From NCBI GenBank assembly GCA_965215885.1, contig CBDCEW010000100.1:96001-160000 (forward strand): a stretch of DNA of 64,000 nt, written 5' to 3'. The notes beneath the pieces are model-generated. The model worked only from the letters and a program-made list of their open reading frames with translations, did no database searches and was not told where the DNA came from. The stretch comes from Candidatus Moanibacter sp. (GTDB lineage Bacteria; Verrucomicrobiota; Verrucomicrobiia; Opitutales; UBA2987). This document shows, in pieces, positions 50,190 to 60,093 of this stretch; within the stretch, counting starts at the first letter, position 1; the number at the start of each line of letters is the position of its first letter. Made by a program: the position numbers and the translations under genes.

Positions 50190-50660
50190 CGGGGCAAGGT
50201 TTGCGACGAGGTTTGAACAAAGGTGATCAGTGCCTTTCCTTTGATTTTCTCTTCCATTTACGCGGGACCACCCGAAAGGGAAACCTTGTCGCGAACCTTG
50301 TCGAATCCATTCTGACCGGCTCATGGCAGGCCGTGATCTCCCGTGGAACTTGCTCTTCCCGAATTTCGACTACGATTAGGACGACGAATTTCGATTAAAA
50401 TCCGATTTAAATTCCACTCGAAGGTCGTCGTCATAATCGTAGTCGTTGGTCGGAAGTTTGGGCAGTGTCCCCGTCGTTGCCGACGCGGCTACCAGACTTG
50501 CTCTTTGTCGTAAGCTTCGTCGTAAACTTTGTCGAATTTCGACTACGATTATGACCACGATTAAGATTGGGGGGATTTCCACTCGCAAGTCGTAGTCGTA
50601 ATCGTCGTCGTCGGGCGTATACTGGTTCCCGACTTTCGATTACGATTAATATCACGAATT
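50190..50660. repeat. Cluster of short imperfect repeats between convergent gpmI and ffh
   Basis: cgacaaggtt/aaccttgtcg and cgactacgatta/tcgtagtcg units in both orientations; similar units at ~35620, ~38900 and ~52110. Confidence 0.7.
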
Positions 50661-50691
50661 TAGATTGGAGGTGGGGGAATCGATAGGATAA

Positions 50692-52062
50692 TCAGAAGCC
50701 TGGTGAGCCCGGGATACTGGCGCCTATACCAGGGAAACCTGAGCCGGCGTTGGCCTGAAGGCGCTTCATCATTTTTGATCCCTTGGCGCCTTTCATCTTT
50801 CTCATCATTTTGCGCATCTGGGAAAACTGCTTTATGAGAGTATTGACATCGCGTACCTGGACACCGGCGCCTGAGGCGACGCGAAAACGCCGGCTACCAT
50901 TGAGGATACGTGGATTTTGGCGTTCCCGAGGAGTCATGGAGAGAATAATTGCTTCAGTATGCTTTATTTGGTTCTCTTCTTTTTCGCCGATATCGATTCC
51001 ATTCATACCAGGTAGCATCTCCATGAGAGAACCAAGTGGACCCATTTTTTTGACCTGCTGCATTTGGGCGAGAAAGTCTTCAAGAGTAAATTCGGCCTTG
51101 CGCATTTTCTCCGCCATACGCTCAGCTTCATCCTGATCGATAGTCTCCTGGGCCTTCTCGACAAGTGAAACAACATCGCCCATCCCGAGGATTCTCGACG
51201 CGATGCGGGCGGGATGAAACATCTCGTAGTCAGCGGTCTTTTCGCCGGTCCCGATAAACTTGATCGGGACATTGGTGATCGCTTTCATGGAGAGAGCCGC
51301 GCCTCCTCTTGCGTCGCCATCGAGTTTTGTGAGAATAGTGCCGGTGAGATTCACCGCTTCATGGAAGGACTTGGCGATATTCACTGCCTCCTGGCCGAGA
51401 GCGCTGTCGGCCACCAACAGCACCTCGTCTGGAACTACGGTCTTCTTCAGAATCCTTATTTCTTCTATGAGTTCATCATCGACGTGAAGACGTCCCGCGG
51501 TATCAAAAATAATGGCATCGGCCCCCTGTTTCCTGGCTTCCTTTAGAGCGTTCTTCGCGATCGTGGATACTTTGCTTTGTGATCTCTCCGCATAGGAGAG
51601 CAATGCCTCCTCACGGGCCAGAGTTTCAAGCTGGTCGATTGCGGCGGGACGGTAGACGTCGCAAGCGACGAGGAGCGGAGAATATCCTTTTTTGTGTAGA
51701 AACCTGCCCATTTTCGCCGCGCAGGTTGTCTTCCCCGAACCGTGGAGACCGACCAGCATAATGCGGAGCGGGCGCTTATCGATCAGATTGCTACTACCTT
51801 CGCCGAGAAGTTTTACGAGTTCGTCGTGAATGATCTTTACGACCATCTGACCCGGCGAGACCGACTTCGTTACGTCCTTGCCTACACATTCACGTTTGAC
51901 GTTCTCAATGAACTCACGGGCAACACGGAAATGAACGTCGGCGGATAATAGGGCGGTTCTAATTTCTTTGAAGGCTTCCGCCATATTCTCTTCGCTCAAT
52001 CTTCCTACTCCGCGAAGGTTGCGCAGCGCTTTGCCGAGACGTTCTGATAGTGCTTCAAGCAT
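50692..52062 (-). CDS. ffh: Signal recognition particle protein
   Basis: [43 protein letters not shown]-domain. Confidence 0.98.
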   Translation of the reverse strand: MLEALSERLGKALRNLRGVGRLSEENMAEAFKEIRTALLSADVHFRVAREFIENVKRECVGKDVTKSVSPGQMVVKIIHDELVKLLGEGSSNLIDKRPLRIMLVGLHGSGKTTCAAKMGRFLHKKGYSPLLVACDVYRPAAIDQLETLAREEALLSYAERSQSKVSTIAKNALKEARKQGADAIIFDTAGRLHVDDELIEEIRILKKTVVPDEVLLVADSALGQEAVNIAKSFHEAVNLTGTILTKLDGDARGGAALSMKAITNVPIKFIGTGEKTADYEMFHPARIASRILGMGDVVSLVEKAQETIDQDEAERMAEKMRKAEFTLEDFLAQMQQVKKMGPLGSLMEMLPGMNGIDIGEKEENQIKHTEAIILSMTPRERQNPRILNGSRRFRVASGAGVQVRDVNTLIKQFSQMRKMMRKMKGAKGSKMMKRLQANAGSGFPGIGASIPGSPGF

Positions 52063-52184
52063 AATCCGGGATTTCGCAGTACCCTAACGCAGCGTAGCCG
52101 CAACCAATCGACAAGGTTCGCGACGAGGTTGGCTCCTCTGGATTCCGCCAAAGTGGACTGTCGGACTCTAAGTCCGTCAGATTC

Positions 52185-52799
52185 CTAGCCACGGGCGGCG
52201 GCGTAGTTTGCCTCAGCCTGCTCCCAGTTGACAACGTTCCAAAAGGCGGCGATGTAATCGGGACGACGATTTTGATAGTTCAGGTAATAGGCATGTTCCC
52301 AGACATCGAGTCCTATCACTGGACTGCCGGAACCGTCCATGAGTGGGCTATCCTGATTCGGTGTTGAGGTGACGGCGAGGGAACCATCGGACTTTACGAT
52401 GAGCCAGGCCCAACCGCTCCCGAATCGAGTGGTGCCGGCAGTGGCAAACGCTTCTTTGAAAGCGTCGAAGCCCCCTAACTGAGCGTCAATTGCGGAGCCC
52501 AGGGATCCGGAGGGCGCGCCGCCGCCGGAACCGAGCACTTTCCAAAAAAATGAGTGATTGGCGTGTCCTCCGCCATTGTTGCGAACAGCCGTACGGATGC
52601 TTTCAGGAACGGCGTCAAGATTGGAGATTAGTTCATTGACGTCCTCAGGGGCATCGTGGTTAGCACCGGAAAGCGCATTATTGACGTTAGTAATATAGGT
52701 GTTGTGATGCTTTGAATGATGAATTTCCATGGTTCGCGCATCGATGTGCGGTTCCAGAGCATCGTAAGCGTAGTCTAAATTTGGAAGTTCGTATGCCAT
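52185..52799 (-). CDS. sodA: Mn/Fe superoxide dismutase
   Basis: [30 protein letters not shown]; the GGG and NQD features suggest the Mn type. Confidence 0.93.
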   Translation of the reverse strand: MAYELPNLDYAYDALEPHIDARTMEIHHSKHHNTYITNVNNALSGANHDAPEDVNELISNLDAVPESIRTAVRNNGGGHANHSFFWKVLGSGGGAPSGSLGSAIDAQLGGFDAFKEAFATAGTTRFGSGWAWLIVKSDGSLAVTSTPNQDSPLMDGSGSPVIGLDVWEHAYYLNYQNRRPDYIAAFWNVVNWEQAEANYAAARG

Positions 52800-53029
52800 T
52801 ATTTTATTCCCGGTTTAAGATTAATTGTTGATTCTGATGGAAATTGACTCCCCTGTTTATGAAATGTCCAAGCTAGGAATCTGTCGGACTAAGTATCAAA
52901 AAGGGGATTTCCCCGTCCGTCAACCCCTCCGGCACGAATCAGGCAGGTTTTATTGAGAATTCAATGGAATCGAGTACCCGATTAGAGGAACGCGGGAGTG
53001 TTTCTACGTATTGGCGGGGTAATTTTGAC

Positions 53030-53150
53030 GGAGAGCACGATTATTAACCACGTCAGCAGATCGAACAGGTTCCACGTTCATCCATCGTGACCTATCGAGA
53101 ACGAGGACGACCTGCGAGCGCACGTCCAGCCAACAATAATCGTAGTCCTA
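53030..53150 (-). ncRNA. Candidate rod-shaped structured RNA (6S-like); strand uncertain
   Basis: Nested pairings acgattatt/aataatcgt, gcaggtcg/cgatctgc and cgttc/gaacg separated by internal loops, in the tadA-sodA intergenic region. Confidence 0.4.
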
Positions 53151-53155
53151 CCAAC

Positions 53156-53734
53156 CTAATCAGAACCAATGCGGCGTCTGTGGGAAAAGAACGTCTGGAT
53201 CAAATCGCGGCATTCCTCCTCAAGGATTCCCGATGTAACAGTGGTGTGATTGCGGAGAGCAGGGAGCTGATTGATATCAGTGGCGCCACCAAGGCAGCCC
53301 ATATCCGGATCGGGCAGGGCATATATGACTCGCGACATGCGTGCCATGATAACTGCTCCTGAACACATGGGGCACGGCTCTTTAGTGACATAGAGATTTG
53401 CTCCGGTGAGACGCCAGTCCCCTAAATAGCGGCTGGCCTGCGTGATAGCGAGGATTTCCGCGTGGGCCGTCGGATCTCCCGTGGATTCTATGCGATTATG
53501 CTCGGAACCGATTACCCGGCCGTCATATTCTATAACCGCTCCCACTGGAACTTCCTCTTCCATCCACCCGTCGATGGCTTCATTATAGGCCAGTCGCATG
53601 AAGAATGTATCGTCTTTTCGCAGCTGTGACGGAAATACCTTCTGAAATGGGCAGTGCAACGGCGCACAGTAATTCTTCGAGTAATGAAAAAAGCGAGTAG
53701 AAAAGTCTACTGCGGCAAGATTGTTATTGAACAA
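53156..53734 (-). CDS. tadA: tRNA adenosine deaminase (true start probably further downstream)
   Basis: EVPVGAV, PTAHAE, LYVTKEPCPMC. Confidence 0.88.
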   Translation of the reverse strand: MFNNNLAAVDFSTRFFHYSKNYCAPLHCPFQKVFPSQLRKDDTFFMRLAYNEAIDGWMEEEVPVGAVIEYDGRVIGSEHNRIESTGDPTAHAEILAITQASRYLGDWRLTGANLYVTKEPCPMCSGAVIMARMSRVIYALPDPDMGCLGGATDINQLPALRNHTTVTSGILEEECRDLIQTFFSHRRRIGSD

Positions 53735-53864
53735 TCGAAAATGAGGGGCAACGGTAGTTTCCGAATGTTTGAGCGAGAGCTTAGGTAGGAGATATAGGGA
53801 GCAGATTTAACTCTCATGAGAGCCGGCTCAAATGTCCCGTTAAGAGCGAGTATATTACAGATGT

Positions 53865-54140
53865 ATGCCAAACAATGATGCAGTAGAGATTGAAGGGAAG
53901 ATTGTAACTGTGCTTCCTGGGACGATGTTTCGCGTGGAACTTGAGAACGGTCATCAGGTTCTCGCCCACATTTCAGGAAAGCTGCGAAAACATTTTATCA
54001 AGATCACGGTAGGCGATACTGTAAAAATGGAGATGAGCCCTTACGACCTCGATAAAGCGCGGATTACCTATCGATTGAGGAATGCGCGGGCGAATCGCAA
54101 TGTTCCCATCCGGAGTTACGGGCCTCGCCGTCGGCGATGA
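53865..54140 (+). CDS. infA: Translation initiation factor IF-1
   Basis: [36 protein letters not shown]. Confidence 0.97.
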   Translation: MPNNDAVEIEGKIVTVLPGTMFRVELENGHQVLAHISGKLRKHFIKITVGDTVKMEMSPYDLDKARITYRLRNARANRNVPIRSYGPRRRR

Positions 54141-54251
54141 GGCACTGGTATTGTATCCGGAGCCGGCCCACCCGCGAGATTTACTCCTGATGGCCGGCAG
54201 AGCATTCCGTACCGGGTACGCGTTTAGCGTGATGGCAAATGCCTTAGTTCG

Positions 54252-55322
54252 ATGTTGGTCAGAAATCGGCACAAGCGACTCTATTTGGGCGGACTGGTGC
54301 TATTATTGCTTATCCTTGCGATTTGCTCTTTTGCAGTCGGCCCGGTTCGGATAAGTTTCCTTCAGATAACGGCGCTTGTGGGATCGCGATTGGGTTTGCT
54401 AACGGGAGGGGTCGATTTCTCCCCCTATAACGAAGAGACGCTCTGGTCCATTTTGTGGTCAATCCGGTTGCCTCGAGTTTTGCTCAGCCTGTTTGTAGGT
54501 GCGGCTCTCGCGGTAGCCGGTGCCGGCATGCAGGGGCTCTTCCGAAATCCTTTGGCCGATCCCTCCTTGATCGGCGTATCCGCGGGGGCGGCTGTGGGCG
54601 CAGTCTTTATTATTGTTTTTCGTGACAGCATTGCGGGATGGTCGCTACGATGGTTAGGGGCATTCGCGGTACCAGTCTTTGCCTTTATTGGAGGTGTCGC
54701 TACCACCTATCTGGTGTATCAAATTTCTAAGGTAGAGGGGAGGACGGTTGTGGCAACGATGCTGCTCACCGGTATCGCTATCAACGCCCTGGCAGCGGCA
54801 ATAATCGGATTTATCCTTATCACTTCGAATAATGACGAACTGCGAGAATTCACTTTCTGGTCACTGGGGAGTTTAGGTGGCGCCACTTGGAAGAGTCTAG
54901 CCGCGGTTGCTCCCTTCCTCCTCATCCCGCTGAGTGTCTACCCCTTTTTCTGGCGGGCGCTGAACGCCTTTCTCCTCGGCGAAGCGGAAGCCTTTCATTT
55001 GGGAGTCGATACGCAGCGGACGAAAGGCGCGCTCGTCTTTCTCAGCGCGGCGATGGTGGGCGCGACCGTTGCGATTTGCGGGATCATCGGTTTCGTCGGA
55101 TTGGTTATTCCCCATATCGTGAGGATATGTATCGGCCCCGACCATCGTTTCCTTATTCCGGGGAGTGCGCTTCTCGGTGCGGTCCTCCTTCTGGGGACGG
55201 ATCTAATCTCGCGTCTGGCGATGGCACCGGGTGAACTGCCGATTGGGATTGTGACGGCGCTGTTAGGGGCTCCCTTTTTTCTTGGATTAGTATACTACTC
55301 CCGGGCGCGAATCTGGAGTTGA
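54252..55322 (+). CDS. FecCD/HmuU family iron-heme ABC permease
   Basis: IRLPR, QGLFRNPLADP, GEAEAFHLG, IGFVGLVIPH, ELPIGIVT. Confidence 0.93.
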   Translation: MLVRNRHKRLYLGGLVLLLLILAICSFAVGPVRISFLQITALVGSRLGLLTGGVDFSPYNEETLWSILWSIRLPRVLLSLFVGAALAVAGAGMQGLFRNPLADPSLIGVSAGAAVGAVFIIVFRDSIAGWSLRWLGAFAVPVFAFIGGVATTYLVYQISKVEGRTVVATMLLTGIAINALAAAIIGFILITSNNDELREFTFWSLGSLGGATWKSLAAVAPFLLIPLSVYPFFWRALNAFLLGEAEAFHLGVDTQRTKGALVFLSAAMVGATVAICGIIGFVGLVIPHIVRICIGPDHRFLIPGSALLGAVLLLGTDLISRLAMAPGELPIGIVTALLGAPFFLGLVYYSRARIWS

Positions 55323-55342
55323 GTACAGAATTGAGCGGGTAA

Positions 55343-56128
55343 ATGCTGGAAGCCGAAGAGATTGTATTCCGCAGAGGCAGACGGACGATTCTGGACAGGG
55401 TTTCGGTTCGGATCGAAACCGGAAAAGTGACGGCGTTGGTGGGGCCGAATGCGGCCGGAAAATCGACATTGCTCAAAATGCTCACGGGAGAGTGGAGACC
55501 TTTGGAGGGTTCTATAACCCTGGAGGGACGCGCACTCAACGAGTGGACGGCGAGGGAGCTTTCGCGGATCCGGGCGGTGCTTCCGCAAGAATCGGAGCTT
55601 AATTTTCCATTCCGCGCCATTGATGTGGTATTACTCGGCCGATTGCCCTACTCGCATCGCACTGAAACGGGGCGGAATTATCAGATCGCGAATGCCGCTC
55701 TCGAGAGTGTGAATATGTTGGATCAGCGGGATTCTCTCTACACTACGTTGTCGGGCGGGGAAAAACAGCGTGTCCAGACTGCCCGTGTTCTTGCCCAGAT
55801 TTCGGGAGACGAGAATGGTCCCTCCAGCTATCTGATGCTTGACGAACCGACCAGCAGCCTCGATCTCTCCCACCAGTTCAAGATACTTCGCTCCGCTGTT
55901 GAGTTTGCCAGCAATGGCTCGGCTGTTTTCGTCATCCTTCATGATTTAAATCACGCTTTGCGCTACTCGGATTCGGTTCTCGTTATGGATGGCGGCAGGA
56001 TCGTTGTGGAAGGGCCTCCCCCGGAAGTTCTGAAACCGCAACTCGTCGAGAGGGTATTCAATGTGAAGGCGCGAATCATTGAGGATCCTTTGTCCGGCCG
56101 CCCCTCGATCGTGACCGATCCTGTCTGA
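55343..56128 (+). CDS. hmuV: Heme ABC transporter ATP-binding protein
   Basis: GPNAAGKST, RAVLPQ, LSGGEKQRVQ.ARVLAQ, LDEPTSSLDLSHQ, LHDLN. Confidence 0.85.
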   Translation: MLEAEEIVFRRGRRTILDRVSVRIETGKVTALVGPNAAGKSTLLKMLTGEWRPLEGSITLEGRALNEWTARELSRIRAVLPQESELNFPFRAIDVVLLGRLPYSHRTETGRNYQIANAALESVNMLDQRDSLYTTLSGGEKQRVQTARVLAQISGDENGPSSYLMLDEPTSSLDLSHQFKILRSAVEFASNGSAVFVILHDLNHALRYSDSVLVMDGGRIVVEGPPPEVLKPQLVERVFNVKARIIEDPLSGRPSIVTDPV

Positions 56129-56173
56129 AAGATAGCCGTTCGAAAGTTTCTCGCGGATTCTTGAACTCGAATA

Positions 56174-56201
56174 TTGACATGAGGCGGTTTTCCAGTAATA
56201 T
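56174..56201 (+). promoter_or_regulatory. Sigma70-like promoter
   Basis: TTGACA-N16-TAATAT. Confidence 0.5.
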
Positions 56202-56303
56202 GCGATAGTAGTTCTCAAAGAAGCTTTACACACTATAGAATTTGTTCATAACAATTTGTTAACTTTCTGTCCCCCGACAGAATCAGGTAGTAGTAGTAGT
56301 AAT

Positions 56304-56333
56304 AAAAGCCGCCAACTTCGGTTGGCGGTTTTT
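56304..56333 (+). terminator. Intrinsic terminator
   Basis: aaaagccgccaac-ttcg-gttggcgg followed by a T run. Confidence 0.8.
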
Positions 56334-56343
56334 GTTTGCAACG

Positions 56344-56799
56344 GTGAGAGCGGTCATACAGCGAGTCAGTAAGGCATCGGTAGCAATCGACGGCGAAGTT
56401 ACAGAGTCAATTGGTAAGGGGTTCCTAGTCTATCTCGGTATCGATTCAGAAGATACGCGGGAGGATGTGAAGTGGCTGAGCGGGAAAATTCCTCAAATTC
56501 GTGTTTTTCCCGACAGTGCCGGATTAATGAACCGCTCTCTACTCGACTGCGGCGGTGAAGTCCTGGTAATTAGTCAATTCACTCTATTTGGAAGTCTGAG
56601 AAAGGGAACTCGCCCTTCCTTCAACCGCGCTGCATCACCGGAAGTAGCTGTTCCAATTTACGAAGCCTTCCTACTATCGCTTGAGGAGCAACTTGGAAAA
56701 TCCGTTGCAAAGGGCGAATTCGGCGCTCTCATGAGAATTGAATCGATAAATGAAGGACCGGTTACGTTGTTCATTGATTCCAAGAACAGGAAACTGTAG
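56344..56799 (+). CDS. dtd: D-aminoacyl-tRNA deacylase
   Basis: RAVIQRV, ISQFTL, GTRPSF, GEFGA, NEGPVT. Confidence 0.95.
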   Translation: MRAVIQRVSKASVAIDGEVTESIGKGFLVYLGIDSEDTREDVKWLSGKIPQIRVFPDSAGLMNRSLLDCGGEVLVISQFTLFGSLRKGTRPSFNRAASPEVAVPIYEAFLLSLEEQLGKSVAKGEFGALMRIESINEGPVTLFIDSKNRKL

Positions 56800-56825
56800 C
56801 CCACTTTTCTCACCAGACATAGAGA

Positions 56826-57362
56826 ATGAAAGGTAAAGTCTTGGGCGAAGGCTTTTTTGATCGGCCTACATTGACGGTGGCGCGCGAGTTGATTGGAAAG
56901 AGACTCTGTCGTAGAATTGACGGGCGCTGTGTGAAAATTCCCATTATGGAGGTTGAGGCCTATGATGGAGTTAAGGATAAGGCATCGCACGCCCACCGCG
57001 GTATTACGAAACGGAACGCAGTGATGTTCGGTCCGGCCGGCTACTGGTATGTCTACCTTTGCTATGGCATTCACTGGCTTCTCAATATCGTGACCGGCCC
57101 TCGAGAATATCCGGCGGCAATACTCATAAGAGGCGCGGGGGAGTATAGAGGTCCCGGACGATTAACTAAGGCATTGGAGATCGATAAGAGTCATGACCGT
57201 TTGTGCGCCAAACCGCATAGCGGTCTATGGGTGGAAGAGGGTGGCCTAAGGTTACTTTCGTCAGCAATTGTGCGGAAGCCACGGATTGGGGTGGACTATG
57301 CTGGACTCCAATGGAGCCGTAAGCCATACCGGTTTTCGATTACTCGCGGACATATTTGTTGA
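56826..57362 (+). CDS. mpg: DNA-3-methyladenine glycosylase
   Basis: VARELIGK, EVEAY, DKASHA, YVYLCYGIH, GPGRLT, PRIGVDYA. Confidence 0.92.
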   Translation: MKGKVLGEGFFDRPTLTVARELIGKRLCRRIDGRCVKIPIMEVEAYDGVKDKASHAHRGITKRNAVMFGPAGYWYVYLCYGIHWLLNIVTGPREYPAAILIRGAGEYRGPGRLTKALEIDKSHDRLCAKPHSGLWVEEGGLRLLSSAIVRKPRIGVDYAGLQWSRKPYRFSITRGHIC

Positions 57363-57690
57363 AGAGCGCGGCATAGTCTTCCCGCACCGGGCTGAAGACA
57401 TCAAGGACCGTCGCCGGACCATCCACGGGTTTGGCGGAGTGGGGAGTGAGGGACGGAATTATGAACATCTCCCCCGGTTCGCATATACGCGTGTCTTCAC
57501 CGATGGTCAGCTCCATCTTCCCTTTCAGAAGCATTCCGGCCTGCTCATGCGGATGCTTGTGGAGAGGAATGACGGAACCCTCGTCCAATTCGAGGTAGGA
57601 CAGCATGACATGTTTGCCATACGGTGTGCGCGCCCTTGCCCCCGGCGCCAGTTCTATCGGTTCGTAGTCGTCAATATTGATGAATGGCAT
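57340..57690 (-). CDS. Cupin domain protein
   Basis: PLHKHPHEQ...IIPSLTPHS...DVFSPVREDY. Confidence 0.9.
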   Translation of the reverse strand: MPFINIDDYEPIELAPGARARTPYGKHVMLSYLELDEGSVIPLHKHPHEQAGMLLKGKMELTIGEDTRICEPGEMFIIPSLTPHSAKPVDGPATVLDVFSPVREDYAALFNKYVRE

Positions 57691-57749
57691 AGCATTCTCT
57701 TTCAAATTAGTGATAATCTCAAATTAGGAATCTGTCGGACTTTTGGCAC

Positions 57750-58577
57750 ATGATGAATGACAAGAACGCAAATCTCGAAGACGCTTCAATCCCGATACCT
57801 CTACAGGAATATCTGTTCGATCTTCAAGGTTATCTGAATCTTCACAAGGCCTTGACGGTTGAAGAGGTTGGGAGAATCAATCTCGAAATCGATACCGTGC
57901 CTCGTTTGCAGCGAGGAGAATGGCACCGCAATGTTCGCCGCCGCGACCAGCGCGAAGATCTAGGCGTCAATCTCCAGCAGGTGCTCGAACTAGGCGGTCC
58001 GTTCGAAGAGCTGATTGACCATCAGTCTTGGATCGATCTCGTTTTGCGCTTCGTGGGCGGAGACGACGGACTCCAACTCGCTGAGAATTTTGTAAATTTG
58101 AGGGGGCCGGGTGAGGCCATAGGATTACATTCCGGGGCCCACAAGAGGCGCATTCGTACGTGCTATCGCTATCACAACAGCCAGTTTCGTTGTGGCCAGA
58201 TCAATATCCTGGTCGCGCTCACCGACATCGGTCCCGGTGACGGCGCAACCATGGTAATCCCGGGAAGCCACAAATCAAATATCATACACCCCCGGTTGGA
58301 GGAACCCCAGCAACTTTCAGGTTCCGTCGATGAAGTGGAGGGTGCGATTGAAGTTTACCTCGAAGCTGGAGACGCCCTCTTATTCGTTGATTGTCTCGCC
58401 CACGGTTCCGCCAGGCGCGTGAATGAAGGGGAGAGGCGCATCTTAATCTATCGTTACGGTCCACAATGGGGTAATTACTTCTCAGGCTATCAACCATCGG
58501 AGGAATTGTTAAACCGATTGAACGTGCGACGGAGAACGATCGTTCAGCCAGTACCCCCGATCCGACCTCCGAATTGA
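57750..58577 (+). CDS. PhyH-like Fe(II)/2OG oxygenase with an HxG motif
   Basis: YLFDLQGYL, LHSG, GATMVIPGSHK, LAHGS, RRILIYRY. Confidence 0.82.
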   Translation: MMNDKNANLEDASIPIPLQEYLFDLQGYLNLHKALTVEEVGRINLEIDTVPRLQRGEWHRNVRRRDQREDLGVNLQQVLELGGPFEELIDHQSWIDLVLRFVGGDDGLQLAENFVNLRGPGEAIGLHSGAHKRRIRTCYRYHNSQFRCGQINILVALTDIGPGDGATMVIPGSHKSNIIHPRLEEPQQLSGSVDEVEGAIEVYLEAGDALLFVDCLAHGSARRVNEGERRILIYRYGPQWGNYFSGYQPSEELLNRLNVRRRTIVQPVPPIRPPN

Positions 58578-58581
58578 CGGA

Positions 58582-59610
58582 TCAAAAGTTCCCATCTCGT
58601 TGTTCGAACTTGGTCGGCTTGTTCCAGATCTTCCCCTTCTCAAGCAGCCAATGGGCGGTCCAGGAGGCCATATCATCGATACTTACTCGAGGCCGGCCGA
58701 ACAGTCTATGCGCTTTTTCAGCGTTATTGAGCCATGCTGTATCCGCTTCCTGACCGGTGTAGACAGGTGCCTTTTCGAATATCTTCCCGAATTTCGAAGC
58801 GAGTTTGCGCACGGAGAGAGTATCCGGACCCGTCACATTAATAATAGACGGCGGAGATCCGGCATTATCCAGAGATTGGATGGAGTGCGCGATCGCGTCG
58901 CTCTGCCAGATGAGATTCACATATCCCATCGTCACGTCGACGGGTTCACCGGCCAGAACCTTTGTCGCGATATCGACTAATACACCATAATGAAATTCAA
59001 CGGAGTAATTCAGCCGAATAATTGAACAATCAGTGCCGAATCTTCTCGAGGCGTGGACAAACTGTTCCTCACGATGAAGACACGAGCGCGCATAAGCTCC
59101 AACAGGCTCAGGAGGATCCGTTTCCTTTGACCCTCCCGATTCGATCGGCACGAAGGGATACACGCAGCCGGTGGAAAACGCCACAATACGGGCATCCTTG
59201 AATTTTTCCGCCACCAGCTTCGGCGCCTGAACGTTCATCCGGTCAAGTGATTCGGGCGAAGACGAGGAGCCGAACTTTTTCCCAGCCAGAAAGAAAAGGA
59301 CGGCACAATCGGGTAGAGCCTCGACCTCTTCCGGGATGCTCAAATCACACTTCACAGTCGCAATGTCGCAGTCCTCGAAATCCTCGCGAGAGTGCAAACT
59401 CTGAAACCTCGATACCGCCACGACCGAATTCGATTTATTGAGTTGCCGCAGTGCATTGCTCACCGTCATCGCCAGGTGCTTCCCAATCTTACCGCCCGCG
59501 CCCAGAATGCAAATTTCTCCTTTCACGTCTCTGAGTGCGTTCAAAACTCCCGCACCCGGTTGACTCAAGAAAGCGTCAACCTCCTTTTCCGTGTAAGGTA
59601 GTGTGATCAT
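58582..59610 (-). CDS. NAD-dependent epimerase/dehydratase family protein
   Basis: ILGAGGKIG, AGKKFG, FSTGCVYP, YARSC..RE, RLNYS. Confidence 0.85.
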   Translation of the reverse strand: MITLPYTEKEVDAFLSQPGAGVLNALRDVKGEICILGAGGKIGKHLAMTVSNALRQLNKSNSVVAVSRFQSLHSREDFEDCDIATVKCDLSIPEEVEALPDCAVLFFLAGKKFGSSSSPESLDRMNVQAPKLVAEKFKDARIVAFSTGCVYPFVPIESGGSKETDPPEPVGAYARSCLHREEQFVHASRRFGTDCSIIRLNYSVEFHYGVLVDIATKVLAGEPVDVTMGYVNLIWQSDAIAHSIQSLDNAGSPPSIINVTGPDTLSVRKLASKFGKIFEKAPVYTGQEADTAWLNNAEKAHRLFGRPRVSIDDMASWTAHWLLEKGKIWNKPTKFEQRDGNF

Positions 59611-59725
59611 ATTTGTGAGAATTTTCTTTCCGCTCCGCGCGGAGCAAGCGCACTGTATAGCTACCTGGGGTTGGAAATGGTTTCAAGCCTTAGAAGGTTC
59701 GTATTTGGCGCGATTGCTTATGTTC

Positions 59726-59872
59726 CTAAACATCTTGCACCTTTTCCAACTGCTCCTCCAGAGCCGGAATCAATTTCCGGGGTAGCGGCACCGTCCGGTC
59801 TTTGCGGCCCTTCCCGTTGTGGACGGTCGATATCGCCTCGTCGAGGTTCAGGTAATGGCACTCTCCGACTGC
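59726..59872 (-). pseudogene. intI: Integron integrase internal fragment (not in the ORF track)
   Basis: Hand translation VGEC...LDEAISTVHNGKGRKDRTVPLPRKLIPALEEQLEKVQDV* aligns with ISEC...[31 protein letters not shown] of the 32290 gene. Confidence 0.75.
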
Positions 59873-60093
59873 TGCACTGCCTTGGCCTGCATCAACTTCC
59901 GCGTCTTAGGTCTAAGGGAAAATCCAAGAAACTCTACTATCCTGATTTTAGGAGGGAACTCAAGTTAGTAAACCGGACCAGCACTTACCAATTTCATTGA
60001 CAGCATGTTCCGGCTCCGGGAATAGTGCAGAAACTGCTCAATCACTTGTTAGGCTGACATGGAAGATCTACTAAATGGGATGAGAGGAAGACT

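Noticed and set aside
50190..50660. CRISPR array
   Set aside because: Units are short, degenerate and in both orientations, with no regular repeat-spacer period and no cas genes
54216..54258. attC upstream of the heme permease
   Set aside because: It matches only the dispersed gtacg.gtttagcg repeat end and has no R' arm
56281..56333. Val/Ile leader-peptide attenuator from the (GTA)5-ATA tract
   Set aside because: No start codon in that frame after the TAA at 56260, and the downstream genes are not branched-chain amino acid biosynthesis genes
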